Source: Raillietiella orientalis
Taxonomy: Eukaryota
NCBI GenBank assembly: GCA_036172245.1
Contig: JAYWIR010000020.1
Span: 1,550,001-1,614,000, forward strand
Direction: 5' to 3'
Length of the DNA: 64,000 nt
Below are positions 1 through 13,072 of this stretch, piece after piece. Every line of letters begins with the position of its first letter. The stretch's first letter is position 1. The translations under genes and the position numbers were made by a program. The notes beneath the pieces were generated by a model, which was given only the letters and a program-made list of their open reading frames with translations, was not told where the DNA came from and did no database searches.

Positions 1-979
1 AGGGCGACCGCTCCCAAAGTCGCAGTCGCCCTCAAAGAAGGGCAGAAAGTAGCAGGGGGAGGGGGAATGGGCGGACTGCCTACCACTTGCGCGTCCCCCG
101 CGCGCCGGGTTTTCCCTGTTCGTTCTTGCTTCTGCCCCAACGCCCGCCTCATCGCTGCTCCGACTCGCCAAAGGACGGAAGGGACTTCCCGAGACGAGCG
201 TTGCCATCTAGGCGGGGAGCGGCCTGGACGGGGAAACTCCTTGCCAACTGAGCGTCGCCATCTCATCGTCATCACTCTTCAGCGAGGATGCGCGGCACCC
301 ACGGGAGCGCGCGGAATGAGCGAGTGGGGGCTGCGAAGGGGACGTCAGAGAGTGTGCACCCTCCCCGTGTTTGTGACTCAAGAGGGCGGCTCCCGGCTCC
401 CTGATTGTTTTTTTCTTAGGGGAGAATCCGGGATGCAAGGGAACCCATCTTCAGGCGTCAGCTTCCCTTCTCCCACAGCAAGGGGCGACGTAGGAGGCTG
501 TGCCACTGACTCCAGGAGGGAGAGATAGGACTGCAAGTCGCCGAGCGAACGGAAGATGGTGCGCGCCAAGCATCTTCGTCCGTACATCGAAGGCCACGAG
601 CTGCACCGGGAGGGGGAAGAGGGAGCGGCGAGACCGCGACGACGGCCTGCGGCGCCAACCAGCAAGAGAGCCGCCTCGGGCGAAGATAGAGGGAGATCCC
701 GCGACCCCGTGGCCCCAACCTTGCGGCGGCAAGGGAGCAGGCGCGCACGGGCAGACCATCCGACCTGCCCCTTTTGAGGAGAACGGCCCCTCCCTGCCCT
801 GTCCTCAACAGCCACCTCCCCCTCCTACTTGCGGCCGACAGGGAATCCGACGTCCAACGTTCACTCACTGCCCGCCGCTTCCCATCCCGACGCCACCCCG
901 TCGGCCCCAGTTCGGCACCACCAGGAGCGCGAAACGAAGCGTCAGCGGAGGTTGCTTTCCCCTCTCCGCACGCCCGCAC

Positions 980-1300
980 GCCTCAGCCTCTAATCTCGTG
1001 CCCAAGATGGATGCCCGGTACCAACTCCGGGGCGTCTCCCCATGCGCTCGAGGATGGCTCATCCATCATGCCAGGCGACGGGCCGCGACAGCCCCCGCGG
1101 AAGGAGCCCCTCCCCAATGAAAGCGCGCGCTCACGGCAGGATGGAAGATCAACTCGAGGCGATCGGGGATCCACCCCGCAGAGTCGCAAAAGTCCCGAGT
1201 CCCCGCACAGCGTTCCAGGTCGGCATGCCAAGCGCCCCTCGTTCTAGGCTGCGCCAGGCTTTGGGTTTCACGGATGAAATTCAAGAAGTCGCCGTGTAGA
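980..1300 (-). mobile_element. Degenerate Ty3/gypsy reverse transcriptase N-terminal relic
   Basis: ORF 983-1231 reads DSGLLRLCGVDPR..RER and SSSAW..IHLGHEIR, resembling gypsy RT GxLRICxDPRxLN..RE and SSGFWQIPLDEESR; by eye only. Confidence 0.4.
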
Positions 1301-4299
1301 AGCTCCCTCCGTTCAGGAGAAAAAACAACCAAAAAAGGGGGGAAAAGAAAACAACGCTTTCGTCTGGCCCCCTGCCCGCTGCAGCAAGACGGACGCCATC
1401 GCGGACGGTGCGCACGACCGCTGGTCATGCACCCCTGCGCAGCAACGATTTCCACGCGGAATCCGATCTCAAGCGCAGGTCCAATCAGCTTCTCCCAAAG
1501 TGCGCGCGCCGGGCGAACGAAGCGCGTCTCGGCGCCGCCGCCAGGAAGCGTCCTCGCGACCTCCGCAAAACGCTGCCCTCCTGGTAGTGCTCCCGGCGCC
1601 GCCGCACTGCGACTTCCTCCCGCCGCCAAGCGAGGTGACCCGCCCCGGGTCGCGGCGAGCGAAGAGGTGCGATTGGTGCGAGCGGCGGCGGTGCGACTGA
1701 CGCAGCCCGCACCGGTGCCTCGACCGACGCGGTTGTCCCGAGGGGGTGACCGGAGAAGATGAAAGCTCAGCCGGCAGTCCGAGAGCGAGAGAGAGAGAGA
1801 GACAGACGGCAGTACGGGTGCGCAAGAGCGCGGCCTAATCGAGCCAGTCCTCGTCGGTATTTCGGGAGTGATCGCTCCGCGCGCGCAATGGTGAACTGGA
1901 ATTTCGGTCGGTCACGTGGGCCGGGCACCAGGTGGGCCTCAAGTCACGGCTTCTTTACTCCGTGAGCTCGAGCTGCGTTAATCCGGGAGTCACGCGCCAC
2001 GCGGAACGCTCTCTCGGTAGCCTTCCCGGGTCGGAGGCGCGAAGCAATTCCCAGGGGACCTCGGAACCTTCGCGTACGCAGCCGCCCGCTCTACTCCGGA
2101 GAGGAAGCGGACCGTCCAGGGCCGCGCTTCCCGGCGCAGCGCAGCGGCGGGAACGGCCGGCAGCTACGCAACCCCGGCGGCACCTGGGGAAGCCTGCGGC
2201 AGGGGGTTCCCTGTGCCGAACTCTCCCGCTCCCGGCCGCTGCGCGCGATCCGAGGGAAGGCGTCCGCCGACCGAAATCCGTCGGCGGAAACTTTCCGGAT
2301 GCTCTCCCGGATCGCTGAGTCCCTGCCGCGGACCGGAGAGAGGCCCGCGCGGGCGTTCGTTCTGACAATTAGCGCGGCGGAAACACCATGGGAACGGGAA
2401 AACGTGAAAGCAGGCGGAAAATGATGCTGTCGTTAGCTCGCCATGGTTACGAGCTCCGAAGGCATTCCATGGGAAATTGCCGTTCACGCGTGATTGGTGC
2501 TGCGTCTGTTTTATGTGACACAAATGCACTCGGCACGAGGGGCATGCGCATTGTGGCAAGGAGACGCTGGAGTGCAGGGAGCGGAGAGCACGCGAGACGC
2601 AGCGGGGCGAGTGGTGCGTGGTGGATCCAGGCAGGACCGAGGTTTCCACTCGAGGTCGGGGTCGCGGCGGCGCTCCCGGCCAGTTCCGCGACCAGCCGGG
2701 GTCCAGCGGCGGGCATGCGCCTGGCCGCCGCAGCTCTCTCTCTCTCGCGTGCGCGCCCGCGTGAGACAGGATTTTTGCCCCGGTGCGGCGGCACTCCGGG
2801 GCTTTCCGATCCGCTGAGGAACGTTCCGCGGCGCCCCGCTCGGCGGAGCCGAATGACTCGAGGCACGCGGGAAGGGCCCTCGGCACGAAATGTTACGTGA
2901 AGTGGATTCCTCTCTCGGGAGGTGGGGGGGGGCAAGCGAGAAGACAGGTCAGATCTGTCCTCTGACGAGCAGCAGGCTCTCGAGAGGAAAGAATTTTCCC
3001 GGGCTCTCTCGCATCCCTGCTCCTTGGAGATGCTTCCGCCGACATCAACCTGGGGAGGGAAGGGGGGGCTTTCCTTTTCCGTGACGGAGGGCGTTCGCTG
3101 CTGGGAGAGCGCGCAGGCGTCTTAGCCAGTGCCCGCAGTTTTCGTCAGGCATTGCACCGCGTCGGCAACGAAGTATCAAGGGAGCAAAGAAAAAAACATT
3201 ACGCGCGCGCGCGGGCAATAATTTTTGCATGTCAATCAGCGCAATCAAAGCTTCGCTCGATGATTTTCCGCCGCGGCGCGCCTCCGTAGTTGCGACGCCA
3301 TCACACAGATGTCCCTCGCAACCCTCACTTTGAGCGAAACGAAGGGCTGACGGATGTCCCGCACGGAGCAGAAAGTAGTCCTTGAGATCTCTCTCGGAAC
3401 AAGCGATCGAGTCTTGAACGATCTTCCAATTTTCTCATTACGCGAAATTGCAACACCATTCGTGACTCTCAATCAAGAGGATGCCCACTCCTAATCAGGA
3501 GCGCGGAAGGAAGGCTCGCGTCAGTCTTCCGCGTATGCGCAAGCGTTTCCAAACCCAGGACGCTCGTTTCCGTTTCCTGCTGCCGCCGCGGCAATTTCTG
3601 GAGAGCAGGGGTTCTGCCCCGGAAGGGAATTTGGGGCGGCCGAGTCCACCCCGCATTCCTGACCTGCGCGGACCGAGGGAAGAGTCGGAGGGCAGCGGTG
3701 CCTCCTCCGCCCCGACGAGGAGCTGCAGCAAGTGGGCGGCAGTGCCGGCGGGAACGCCGGATGCTCCACGGGCAGTGGCATCTCCGAGGTGCCGCAGGGA
3801 GTTGCGAAACTCCTCCGTGGCCCAAAACTCGTCCGGGGTTTTGAAACCGAGACCTTCCTGGATACCTTCCAGAGAGCGAACGAAGAGGACGGGAAGGAGT
3901 GCCGAGCGCAAACCCAGCCGGAAGGCGGAGAGTCGTCCCGAAGAAGAGGCGCCGGAAAGGTAGCGTCCTGCCTTGACGGAAGGCAAACCGCTTGTTTCCC
4001 TGGGCGACCGGGGAACACAAAAAGCGAGGAGCTTCATCTCGCCGTCTTCCCGTGACGAGCAGGGAGTGGTCGGGAAGTAGGTGGAGGAGTGGACCCGCAA
4101 GGGTCGAGGAGAGTCAGCTCCACTCCGGTCGGGAAGAAGACTGTTGCCGTGCTTCCAGCACCCTCGGGGTCGGAAGCACGGCGTCGGAGCCGTCAAGAGC
4201 CATCCGCAGCTGCTGGCCTCTTGGAGGCGCCGCTTCTCTGTCGCGAACGGCCGAGGTCATGCTTCGCAGGGCCGCTGGACCAGAAGTCCCCGACATTCC

Positions 4300-5050
4300 T
4301 TCCTTCCTCCCTGCCCGCGGAGACCGCCGGCTCTCGGTGGAAGGAAGACGAGCGCGCCTGCAGTCCCCTCTTCGCACCCCGGCGGGGGAAGACGCGCCTC
4401 GTTCGAGCCCCGGGGCAGGTGGCGGAACGTGCCCGGTGGGAGCAAGTTGGGTAGGGGACAAAGCTTCTGCGTACACCTCTCACCTAGGAGCGGTTTCCAT
4501 GGAACCGTCCCGTATCGTCTGTTCGCTCGCGCCCGGGTCCCGGCTTTCGCCGACGGGTCAAATTTCACGGAGGGCTGCGTGTGAGGCCCATCTGGAGCAC
4601 GAAGGACTCCCGAAGGCACGGGTGGTGAAGGTTGGAACCAGGGATCAACCCACCGCTCGGAGTTCGAAAACCCGTCGACGGCATTGCGCGCAAACAAGCA
4701 GTTCCTTCAGCCCCAACTCTCACCCTCCTCCTCTCCACTTTGATGTTAGCCAAAAGGCCGAGAAGCGATACGGAGTACTCGTAGGTCGAAAATAAACCCT
4801 CGGGACGCAGCCGCCCTGGACAAGAGCTCGTTCCCGTCTGCGTGGCACTTCCGCGCGGTCCGGGAGGGCGAACGACGGGGCGAAGGGATTTTCTTCCGCA
4901 GGGGCTCCCGCCCCCAGCCCGGTTGGATAGCCCGCGTTCTCTCCGCTTCCCTCACTTCTGGACCTAACCGAAAGCGAGGAGAGGAATGGGCCGGGGCCCC
5001 AGGAGCCTCCGAGAAGCCGAGCGGGACAACCCCTGCTGACTGCGGGTGAA
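4300..5050 (-). mobile_element. Degenerate gypsy integrase core relic
   Basis: RVYFRPTSTPYRFSAFW, then MFARNAVDG and HTQPSVKFDPSAKAG, in the order expected for YLIVVDxYSKW / IFARFG / HxxTAPYHPxSNG. Confidence 0.3.
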
Positions 5051-8000
5051 AGCTGCACCCCCTCCTCGGAGGCGTTTGCGAAATTCCCATCTCCGGAGCG
5101 AAGGGTTGAGCGCGCGCATTTCGCAACTTGCGCGGAAGACCACCGCGCGAGAAAGCGTGCGGATGCACGCGGAGGAGACGAGCGGAGGGGGACTTTCTCC
5201 GGGAGAGGAGGAGAAAAAAATCCCCGCAGGGAGAGAAGCCGGGAGAACGGGGCGGAGAGCGGAACCGTCAGCGGAAGCCCACGAGCGCTCCATTTGCTGT
5301 GAAACTGCGCCCACGATCGCGGCCGTCAAACGGTTGTCACCACCACCGTGCGTTTTTTTTTTTTTTTTTTTTTTTAGCGCAAGCAGAAGGAGCAGCGTCG
5401 TCGTCGTCTCCGTGGCAACCCGCCCCTCTCTCTTTTTTCTCTTGTTGAGTCGCGCCAGTTCGAACCAGCGTACGCGCAAGCGCCCCATCGACAGCGCCGG
5501 CGCGCCGGCGTGGTCACTCACGCTCCCAGGGGTGCCAGAGACGCGTGCAGTCGGCCGTGGTCCATCATGACGGTTCTTCGAGGCCCGACCTCCCGGGTTA
5601 CCGGGAACTCACCGGCCCTCTACCGGAACGCTCATGCTGCCGCGTGTCCGCCTTCAGGGAACAGGCAGCTGCGCGGGGGGGGAGTAACCGACCGACCGCG
5701 CGCCAGCTCCCCGAAACGCACCTCCGGACGCACTCTCACGCACGAATCCTGGCGTATGCTTGTCCTCGCTGTCCCATCGTCACCGGCTCGCCCTTCGCGG
5801 TGCACCGCGGCTGGGAAACCCCGGAGCAGGACGACCGGGGCAGAGAAGAAGGCCCCGAAGCTCTTCCCCAAAGGGAGGCGAGGGTGGGGAGCATGCGACC
5901 CCATTGACCGCCGGGAGGGCGAAGGCAGCTCCCTCCAGCGCCTTGGTTTGGAGGATTTTCGGCTCCACTGCTCGAACCAGGCTTCTCGCTCGTTCCCACG
6001 GGAGGATCCGGTGCTTTCGGTCCGGGGGGATTCCGCTCGAACCTAGAACGCCTCGAACACTTCCCAGGGGCGTCCCCCGTCACCTGCCCGCCATAAATCT
6101 TCCCGGACGGGTCCCTCGTCGATGTCGCCGGAGAAAAAGACCGCAGGAGAAGGAAAGGGGGAGGGAGAGGGTGAGAAGGCACGTCTGTCCTCTGGGCGCG
6201 CGCGTCTCGGTGAGAGTCGCTCGGGCAGAGGGCTGCTCACGCCCCACGAAGAATCGGAAGGAAAGTGGTGGCGTCTCCCCTTCCTTCTATTTCGTTTTTT
6301 GCTCCGAAAGCAGGCCCTGGGGCAGCGCGTCTCCTTGGTTTCGCACCGGCGGCTCAGGGTCCCCGAGAGAAGGAAGCAGAAGACAAAGCTGCGTCCGGGA
6401 CTCCCTATTCCCGGACTCGCGGCTCTTCCGGGGGCCGCTTCCGAAAGGGACCCGGCCCAGCTTGCGACGCGGCCTGCTTCCGTGGCAGAAGCCGCTCGAG
6501 CGTGCCTCTCCGTGAGGTGTGCGCGGAGACGATGCGCAGCCGGCACACGCGAAGATCACCCCAGCATGGTTCCGTGACGAAAGCATAACGCGCTGCACCC
6601 GCGGGACGGCTGTGCGCGCAGCCAAAAGCCTTCTCCTTCCCCCTGTCGCTTCCTCACCTCTCGACGCTGCTCAGGGCTCTCACAGCATTGCATTCCGCGC
6701 ACGGCGGTGGAGCGGATAAAGAGGGAGCCACCAGTAGCGCCGTCTTATGGACGGCACACGCCTCCACCTCCCTATTCGCCAAGTGCCCCCTTCCCCTCTC
6801 CCTCGCTCCCACCTCTCTACCCGAGATTTTCTAGGGCCGTCGCCACGTTTCAACTCCTCCCGCGAGAACGCCAATCGCGCTGCCATCTCTGTTTGTCGTC
6901 CGAAACCTCCGCAGGTGCGCACCTCGGGCAGCATGGCCAGATTCTGGAAACGGCGCGAGGGTGCATCCGAGCTCGCGCGGGCGCGATGCGTGTGCTCCCT
7001 GCGCCAGGGGGAGGAGGAACAAGTGCGGGGGAGGGAGGAGGGGAGAAAGAAGGGAAGGCAAGAGGCTCCGGCGTGGCTGGCTCTTTCCCGTACGAAGACA
7101 AAGATAAGACGGGGAGATTATCGGCGGGGAGGCTGAGAGCTCGGCCAGGCAGAGGAGCGGGAAAGGAACCAGAGTCCTCTCCCTCAACAGCATCCGGAGC
7201 GTGGGAGGACTCCCTCGCGCCATTCGTGAGGGGTGGGGGGGGAGGAGAAAGAACTTTTGAGTGCCCGGCCAGGCCGCACTCAGCTTCGAGAGTGACGCGG
7301 CAACACCGGAGGCAGATGCAGGAGCGGAGGATGCGCTCTGCTGACACGTCACCGGAGGCGCAGCCTTGACGCCCTCTCCCTGCCGCAAACACTTGCGGAC
7401 CAGCCGCAGAGCTCCGAGGATCGAGAGTGCAGCCCCGGGGTGCCGTTTCTTCGGGAGGCCGGGAGCACCCGGAAAGGACAGGGACTGAAACCGCCACAAA
7501 CACATCCCTTCCCTTCCGGGCGTCACGTCGGTGTCGAGTCTTCTCCTCGGCATCCGGAGGGGGAGAAGAAAGAAGCCTCGGGCACGCTTGCCCTTCCCCA
7601 CATTGGTGGTCCCCCCGTGAACCATGCCCATCCGAACCGGGGGGAGTATGCTGAATCTGCGCGCTTCTCCGGACCGGCTCCTGACACGCGGCGGTGGGAG
7701 CACGGAGAAATGGGCCTTCGGGGGAAAAAGGGCGCGCCCCTCCCCTTCTCGACGGAGGCCTTGAAAGCCGCAGCCATGTTTTTTCTTTTTTTTGTGTGTG
7801 TTTTCCCTCTGTTCGTAGTGGGGCGCCACCTCGCGCGTGCCCTCCCGAGGTACCGCGGGAGGACACCTGCATCACGCTCCTTCGCATCTCATCTCGAGAA
7901 GAGCCGCGCGCTGCTGGGGAGAGGCGCGGAGGCTGCCGCCGCTGCCCGCGTCCACCCCGCGGCACCGCTCGCCGCCATCGGTTGGACCCGCGCGCGAGAG

Positions 8001-8489
8001 AGAGGGCGGCAGCAGCATCGCCCACCCACGCGTTCGAGCTTCTCCTCGCGCCCCCTCGAGGGCTTCGAGGGCGCGGCGGAGGCCGCCCTCTGCCTCGCCC
8101 CGGGGTGCTTCCCGGACCGTCCTCCTCCCCTCTGGTCCGGAGAGGAGGCGCGCAGCTTCCCCACGGTGGGAGAGAGGGAGTGCACGAGAGGAGGAACAGA
8201 GCAGCTTTCCATGGAGCTCGCGTGAATCCGTCAGATGCCTGGGGAGCGCCTCTCGTTCGCAGAGACGGGAGCGAATGGCACGTTCCCCCTCTTCCCGCCG
8301 GCGGCGTCAGCAGCCGCAGCACTACCCGGGGAAGGGGGCTGCGGTGGCAAAACGTGGAGTTCAGCCCCTCCCGGGCGCGAGAAGCCAGGGCTCTGGGAGA
8401 GGGCCGGTGAATCAGGAGAGGGGGAAGCCTCTTTTTCTTTCTGTTGCATTGCTGGGAAGTCGGCAGAACCCATCCGGGGCAAAAAGTCA

Positions 8490-8700
8490 GTGACTGCTCC
8501 AAAAGACGCGTCCGGAGACGAAGGCGTTGCCCTCGGCCGCTCCCGAGCGGGAGACCGGCATGTCTCATGGGGGGCTTGCGGGAGACGAGCATAGAGGTTC
8601 CGGGGCGCACTCTTCCGCCTCCGGCGTTGGGAGATCCTATAGAACGAGCGGCACTTGGCCCCACCCTGCAGTTCCCTCCACCTCCCCCTACGGCAGCGCC
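8490..8700 (-). mobile_element. Possible gypsy integrase C-terminal relic
   Basis: SPNAGGGRV...GQRLRLRTRL resembles PQSNGxAER...GRRLRTRL. Confidence 0.22.
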
Positions 8701-9496
8701 GGGGCCGTCTTATTTCCAGAGGGACGACTGCTCCCGTCCGCGCGTAGCTGAACGCTCAAAACGCTGCGTATGTTCGGTCCTTTGAAGGAGGGAACGGCGA
8801 CGACGTTTCTCCTGGAGGGACCCCTTGGCGACGAAGGGAGGTCGTGGGCGAACTTCCAGAGCCAGAGGGAGCCTTCGGAAGACTCCAGACTGCTGTCGAA
8901 ACGGCCCGAGCCAAGGACAGGAGGGAGAGGCGAAGGTAGTTCGCCCAAGGGCACTACCACATGGACAGGACCTCGGAATAGGGAAGTCTCCGGGTCCCGG
9001 GAGCTGTACGGGAGATGGGGAGCCAAAAGGTGGCGGTGCCAGCGGAGAGAGGGGGGAGCGACGACCCTGGCGATCTGCTTGGGCGAACAGAGCCTCGGAA
9101 GGCAGCCTTCAGGGTGGCACCTCGGGACATTGGGTGGGAACCTGGGTGTCTTTCGCAGCGCCAGCCTCGACCCTTCCCTCTCCCCTGCCCTTTTCTCGGG
9201 AGACGGTCTGGAGAGAGAGGGTGATCAAAAATAAGACCACAGCACGCGCCTCCGTCCTGTGGCCCGTGGCTCGACTCACGCCTTGGCCCTCCCTGATTGG
9301 GTCGCAGTAGCTCCACCTTGCCCTTTCCAGGAACGAAACGGAACTCGAGGGCTCCTCGCGCAACTTCCAAGAGGGAGCAGAGTGAAAGAAGAAGGGAGAA
9401 ACCCCCTGCCGGGACGAGTCCTGGACGCTCCTCTCAGCTCTGGGAGGCCCATCAGAAACCAAAGGGATCAATCCCTTGTCCGGGACACGGGAAGGC

Positions 9497-9545
9497 CAGG
9501 AGCTCCCGGGACATCAGGAGCTCCCAGGACATCAGCAGCTCCAGG
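9497..9545. repeat. 18-bp tandem repeat, about 2.7 copies
   Basis: caggagctcccgggacat caggagctcccaggacat cagcagctccagg. Confidence 0.85.
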
Positions 9546-10034
9546 GCCGACTCCTCCGGTCTCCTCGAAGGGCCCGCCGGAGGGCTCCCGAGGGAAGAAA
9601 ACTGACAAACGGAGGGGAAGCTCCGGGAATGCTTTCTGTCGCCACCCGGTCCGCGTTCCCCTTTCCCTTCCGGGCCCCTCCCTCCAAGAAAAGAAAAAAG
9701 GCATCGGGAATAGCACCCGGTTACATCAGGAGGGGGGAGTCCCCGGCACGTTCCCGCGGCCCCTCCCAGGCGTCATCCGTCTGAGAGTGAGTCCTTCTGC
9801 CGCGTCCCGCGACCTTCGTGGCGGGCAAGGGAGAGTGCGAAAACTCCGGCGAGGGCCCCTCCCGGTTCCGGTCCGGTGGAGACTGACCAGGGTGAAGGGA
9901 GAGAGAAGTTTTTCCCCCCATCCCCGCAGGCATATTTGAGGGCTCTGGAACCCCCCCACTCCGAGAATCTGCCCTTTTCTAGGACCGGCGCGTTGTCCCG
10001 GGTTTCCCTGAAGGGAAACCTTCCCAATCCGTCT

Positions 10035-10212
10035 TGCGGTCCCCCGATGGAGGGGTGAGGAGATGGGAGGGACTTTCCCATCTGGTAGTGTCCCTCTCGG
10101 GAGCCCCCGACCACGCTGGGTAGACGGGAATGACCCGGGCACAGGGGGGAGTGGGGAGTCGCAACGGCGTTCTGGTGCCGCGCCTATCCCCTGGACCCAC
10201 GCAAGCGCGGGC
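10035..10212 (-). mobile_element. tRNA-headed SINE-like element, truncated copy F
   Basis: Minus strand starts gcccgcgcttgcgtgg..gcggcacca..gttgcgactcc, like the heads of copies B, C and E; body fragment gagatgggagggactttccc resembles copy E gaggtggaaggacttccc. Confidence 0.4.
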
Positions 10213-12549
10213 GGCCTACCTGCAGAAGGACGCTGATGGGCGGTGAGATGGATGGGGTCTTGTGGGGAGGGGAGAGGCAGGAGGGCAGCAGCGGCATGTC
10301 AGCGCACGGTCCGGGACATCTCGTCGGGAGGAGACGGCGGCCGGAGGATCCTCCGGGAAGGCGGGCGGGTGTACCGTCGCCCGGGTGATCTGGAAGGCAC
10401 GGAGGATAATCACTGGTGAAGGGGAGAGGGGCGGGCGCACCTGCTCCTCGGGTGCGGTCACTCGGGCGAGGTGGGGCAACGGCTCTTCAAGCGGTCATCC
10501 TCCGCCTCGGCGGCAGGAATAGCGCACGTAGGTGGGAAGGGGGAAGGTGAAGCAGGGGGGCGGGCAGGAGGGGCGGCGCAGCCCCCCCCGCGGCAGGGAG
10601 GTGAGGACGACCGGCGGGGCGGCAGCTGCGGCACGGCCCGCGAGGTCAGCGGGCGGCGGAGGCAGCAGCAGGAACGGCGCGAGCAGCGGCGACCGCGCAC
10701 GGGGAACGCACGGGCGGGAATGCGGCCGCCTCGCGGGGCGCGCGCATTGTTGACGCCGCGCCGCCAGCCCGAAGGTCACGACGCGGGCGCGCAGGCGCGT
10801 GCAGAGCGCTGCTGCGGTCGGCGCGCGCGCGCGCCCTCCGACCGCAGCGCCTGCCGGCGAGCGGCGGGGAGCAGGAAAAACGAGATGGATAAAAAGAAAA
10901 AGCAGAGAGGAGGAGGCAACAGTCCTCTGTGTGTCCCCTCCTCGCCGCAGCCCCTCAGAGGGCCACTCATCCCTGCGGACAACCCCCTCGCCCTATCCTC
11001 TCTCTTGCCTCTCCGGCAGCGCTCCCGGGGTTTTGCTCCCGCCTTTCCTCCCCTTTTTCCTGTTCCCTGATGACGGAACTCGGACCGAGTTCTCTTCCCT
11101 ACGGCCACAAGCCGCCGCCGCAACCGGCGTGACGTGCACCCAGCGGCGTTTCCGTGACGACGGACGGACGGAGCAATCGATCAAGCAGGAGAGCGAACGG
11201 CGGTAGCGGGATGGAAGGGAAGGGGGGAGGGGGGAAGGTGCGGGAGAGAGGAAGGATAACCCGTGTCTCCGCCGCCGCCCTTCATTTTTACCGCGGGCGG
11301 GCTCCGGTAGGCATGGTAACGGGCGGAGAAGACGCGTAAGAAGCGGTGGCGCATCTCGCGCCCTTGTCGAGGGCAGGAGGAAGCGACCCGCCGGCGCTGC
11401 GGCGGGTCTCCTACCGGGAATGTGAGGAGTGTCGTTCGTCCCTCTTCCGGTTTCCATGGCTCCCGCACAGCTGCCTTTCTCCATCCAGCGTGGGCGCCCG
11501 GATGCTCCCCTGGCTACTTCTGGGGAGAGAGGAAAAGTCGAAAAGAGAGCGGACGAGTCCGTCGCCACTCCAAGGGGACGTTCAAGGGAAGAGAAGCTCC
11601 TGCCACCTCAGAGGGAGGAACCTGGAAGAAGGGTCTCCCTCCCCCTGCCAGGGCCGTCCGTCCCTCCCGTGGGAGCGCCTGTACACTTGGCGCGCGGGGA
11701 AGCCCCCTCGCGGCCTCAGGCAGGGCAGCAGAGGTTGCGGAGCTCCGCCTTTCGCAATTCCGGCTCTCGGTCCCCGCTTCAAGATTGGCTGTCGGGATCG
11801 AGAAGGGAGACGGGGGGAGCGACCTTCGGCCCCAGGAGCACCTTTCTTCTCGCCTCGCAAACTTCCTCCGAACGACGGGATGGGGCTCGCGAGGGAGGCG
11901 CTCCCCTGCCGTGCGAGCGGACCCCTCACGCGCTATCGGACACGAGGGCACCCCTCCCGGAGACCACCCGATCGGGCGGAGACCTTCTCCTCCCTACCCT
12001 CTCTGCAGTTCCTTCCAGTCGGTAGCGCCCCCCGGTCCCGCGGGCCAAGCTGAGGGGAGCCGCGCTCCCGGGAAGGGGAGGGGAGCGGCTTCCACACCTC
12101 AGATTTCCCGAGGTCGGACTGTCTTCCTGCCGTTGCCGTCGGGGAGGCAGGAGCTCGCTCCCGGGAACTCCTACTCACCTTCAGATTGGACTGGCAGACA
12201 GGAGAAGCTTCGCCTCTTTGAGGTCGGCTCACTCCCTGCCTTCTACCTCAGCCAACCCGCAGGAGCATGAGGGCCAACCGCCGTCAGCGAGGCTGCCCCT
12301 CCTCGGCTCCGGCCCGCGCTGGAAGCGCTCCCCTCCCGATGCATCCTCGAGATGCATCGTGCAGGTCGAGAAGGACGCGAGGCGAGCATACGCACCCCTG
12401 GGAGCGTCGCCCGAGGCCACCGCCCTGCAAGCGCGGTCGCCTCCTCGGCGCCGAAGGGCATCGCGACCCCAGCCGCTCTTTCCCAGAAAGAGACGGCCCT
12501 GGTTCGCGGACACAGGAATGGGAGCGTCCTCGGATCCAAGACGGAAACG

Positions 12550-12850
12550 AGGACTCCCGGGAGACATGATCCTTGCCCCCTCACCCCGATGTTACCGCCT
12601 CCGCGCCCTTCTCCTTGCGGGGATCCGCATCCTCGTGGTCTTCCTCGGAATGGAACAACTGGAGATGATGCGACTGGGCGAAACTCCCGCAAACGGTGGC
12701 GAAGTGCACCTGGTGCTTAGCCGCCGTAGGAACGGGACGGAGATCAGTAGCGGGGGGGACCTGGAAGGGCTGTTTTCTCGAGATGGCAGAGACTCTCGCG
12801 TCATCTTCGACGAGCATCTGAAGGGCCGGGCCCGAGCCCGAAGGGGAACC
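12550..12850 (-). mobile_element. Degenerate gypsy integrase core relic
   Basis: HFATVCGSFAQSHHLQLFHSEEDHEDADPRKEKG parallels QFxSxEFxxFAxxWGFxHxTSSPHYPQSNGxAEKGV. Confidence 0.28.
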
Positions 12851-13072
12851 GGAAACGTTCAGCCGAAGGAGGAGGCATCTGCCTCGGAGACCGCCGGGAA
12901 GAGGATTTTCCTTCCTTCCCGGAATTCGTCCTCCTTCCGGAAGGAGCCGCTTCAATCTCTCTCGATGCGGTATCCATGGAAACGGTGCACCGTTCTTGAT
13001 CTTGAAGCGGCCGCTCCTTGAACGAAAGTTCCTTCTTTCTCGTTCAAGCTGACTGACGGATTCCTCGGGACT

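Noticed and set aside
200..215. CTCF-like ttgccatctagg (also near 63774)
   Set aside because: Partial motif, common in LTR-element sequence; no independent support.
6850..8664. 604-aa ORF and the many other long ORFs in the GC-rich region
   Set aside because: Arg/Pro/Gly/Ser-rich translations overlapping in all frames with no recognisable domain; expected from stop-codon scarcity at high GC.
9497..9545. CRISPR-like array
   Set aside because: Head-to-tail tandem units without spacers, no cas genes, eukaryotic context.
12640..12720. C2H2 zinc-finger-like TVCGSFAQSHHLQLFH
   Set aside because: First Cys missing, no linker or second finger; fits an integrase core relic better.
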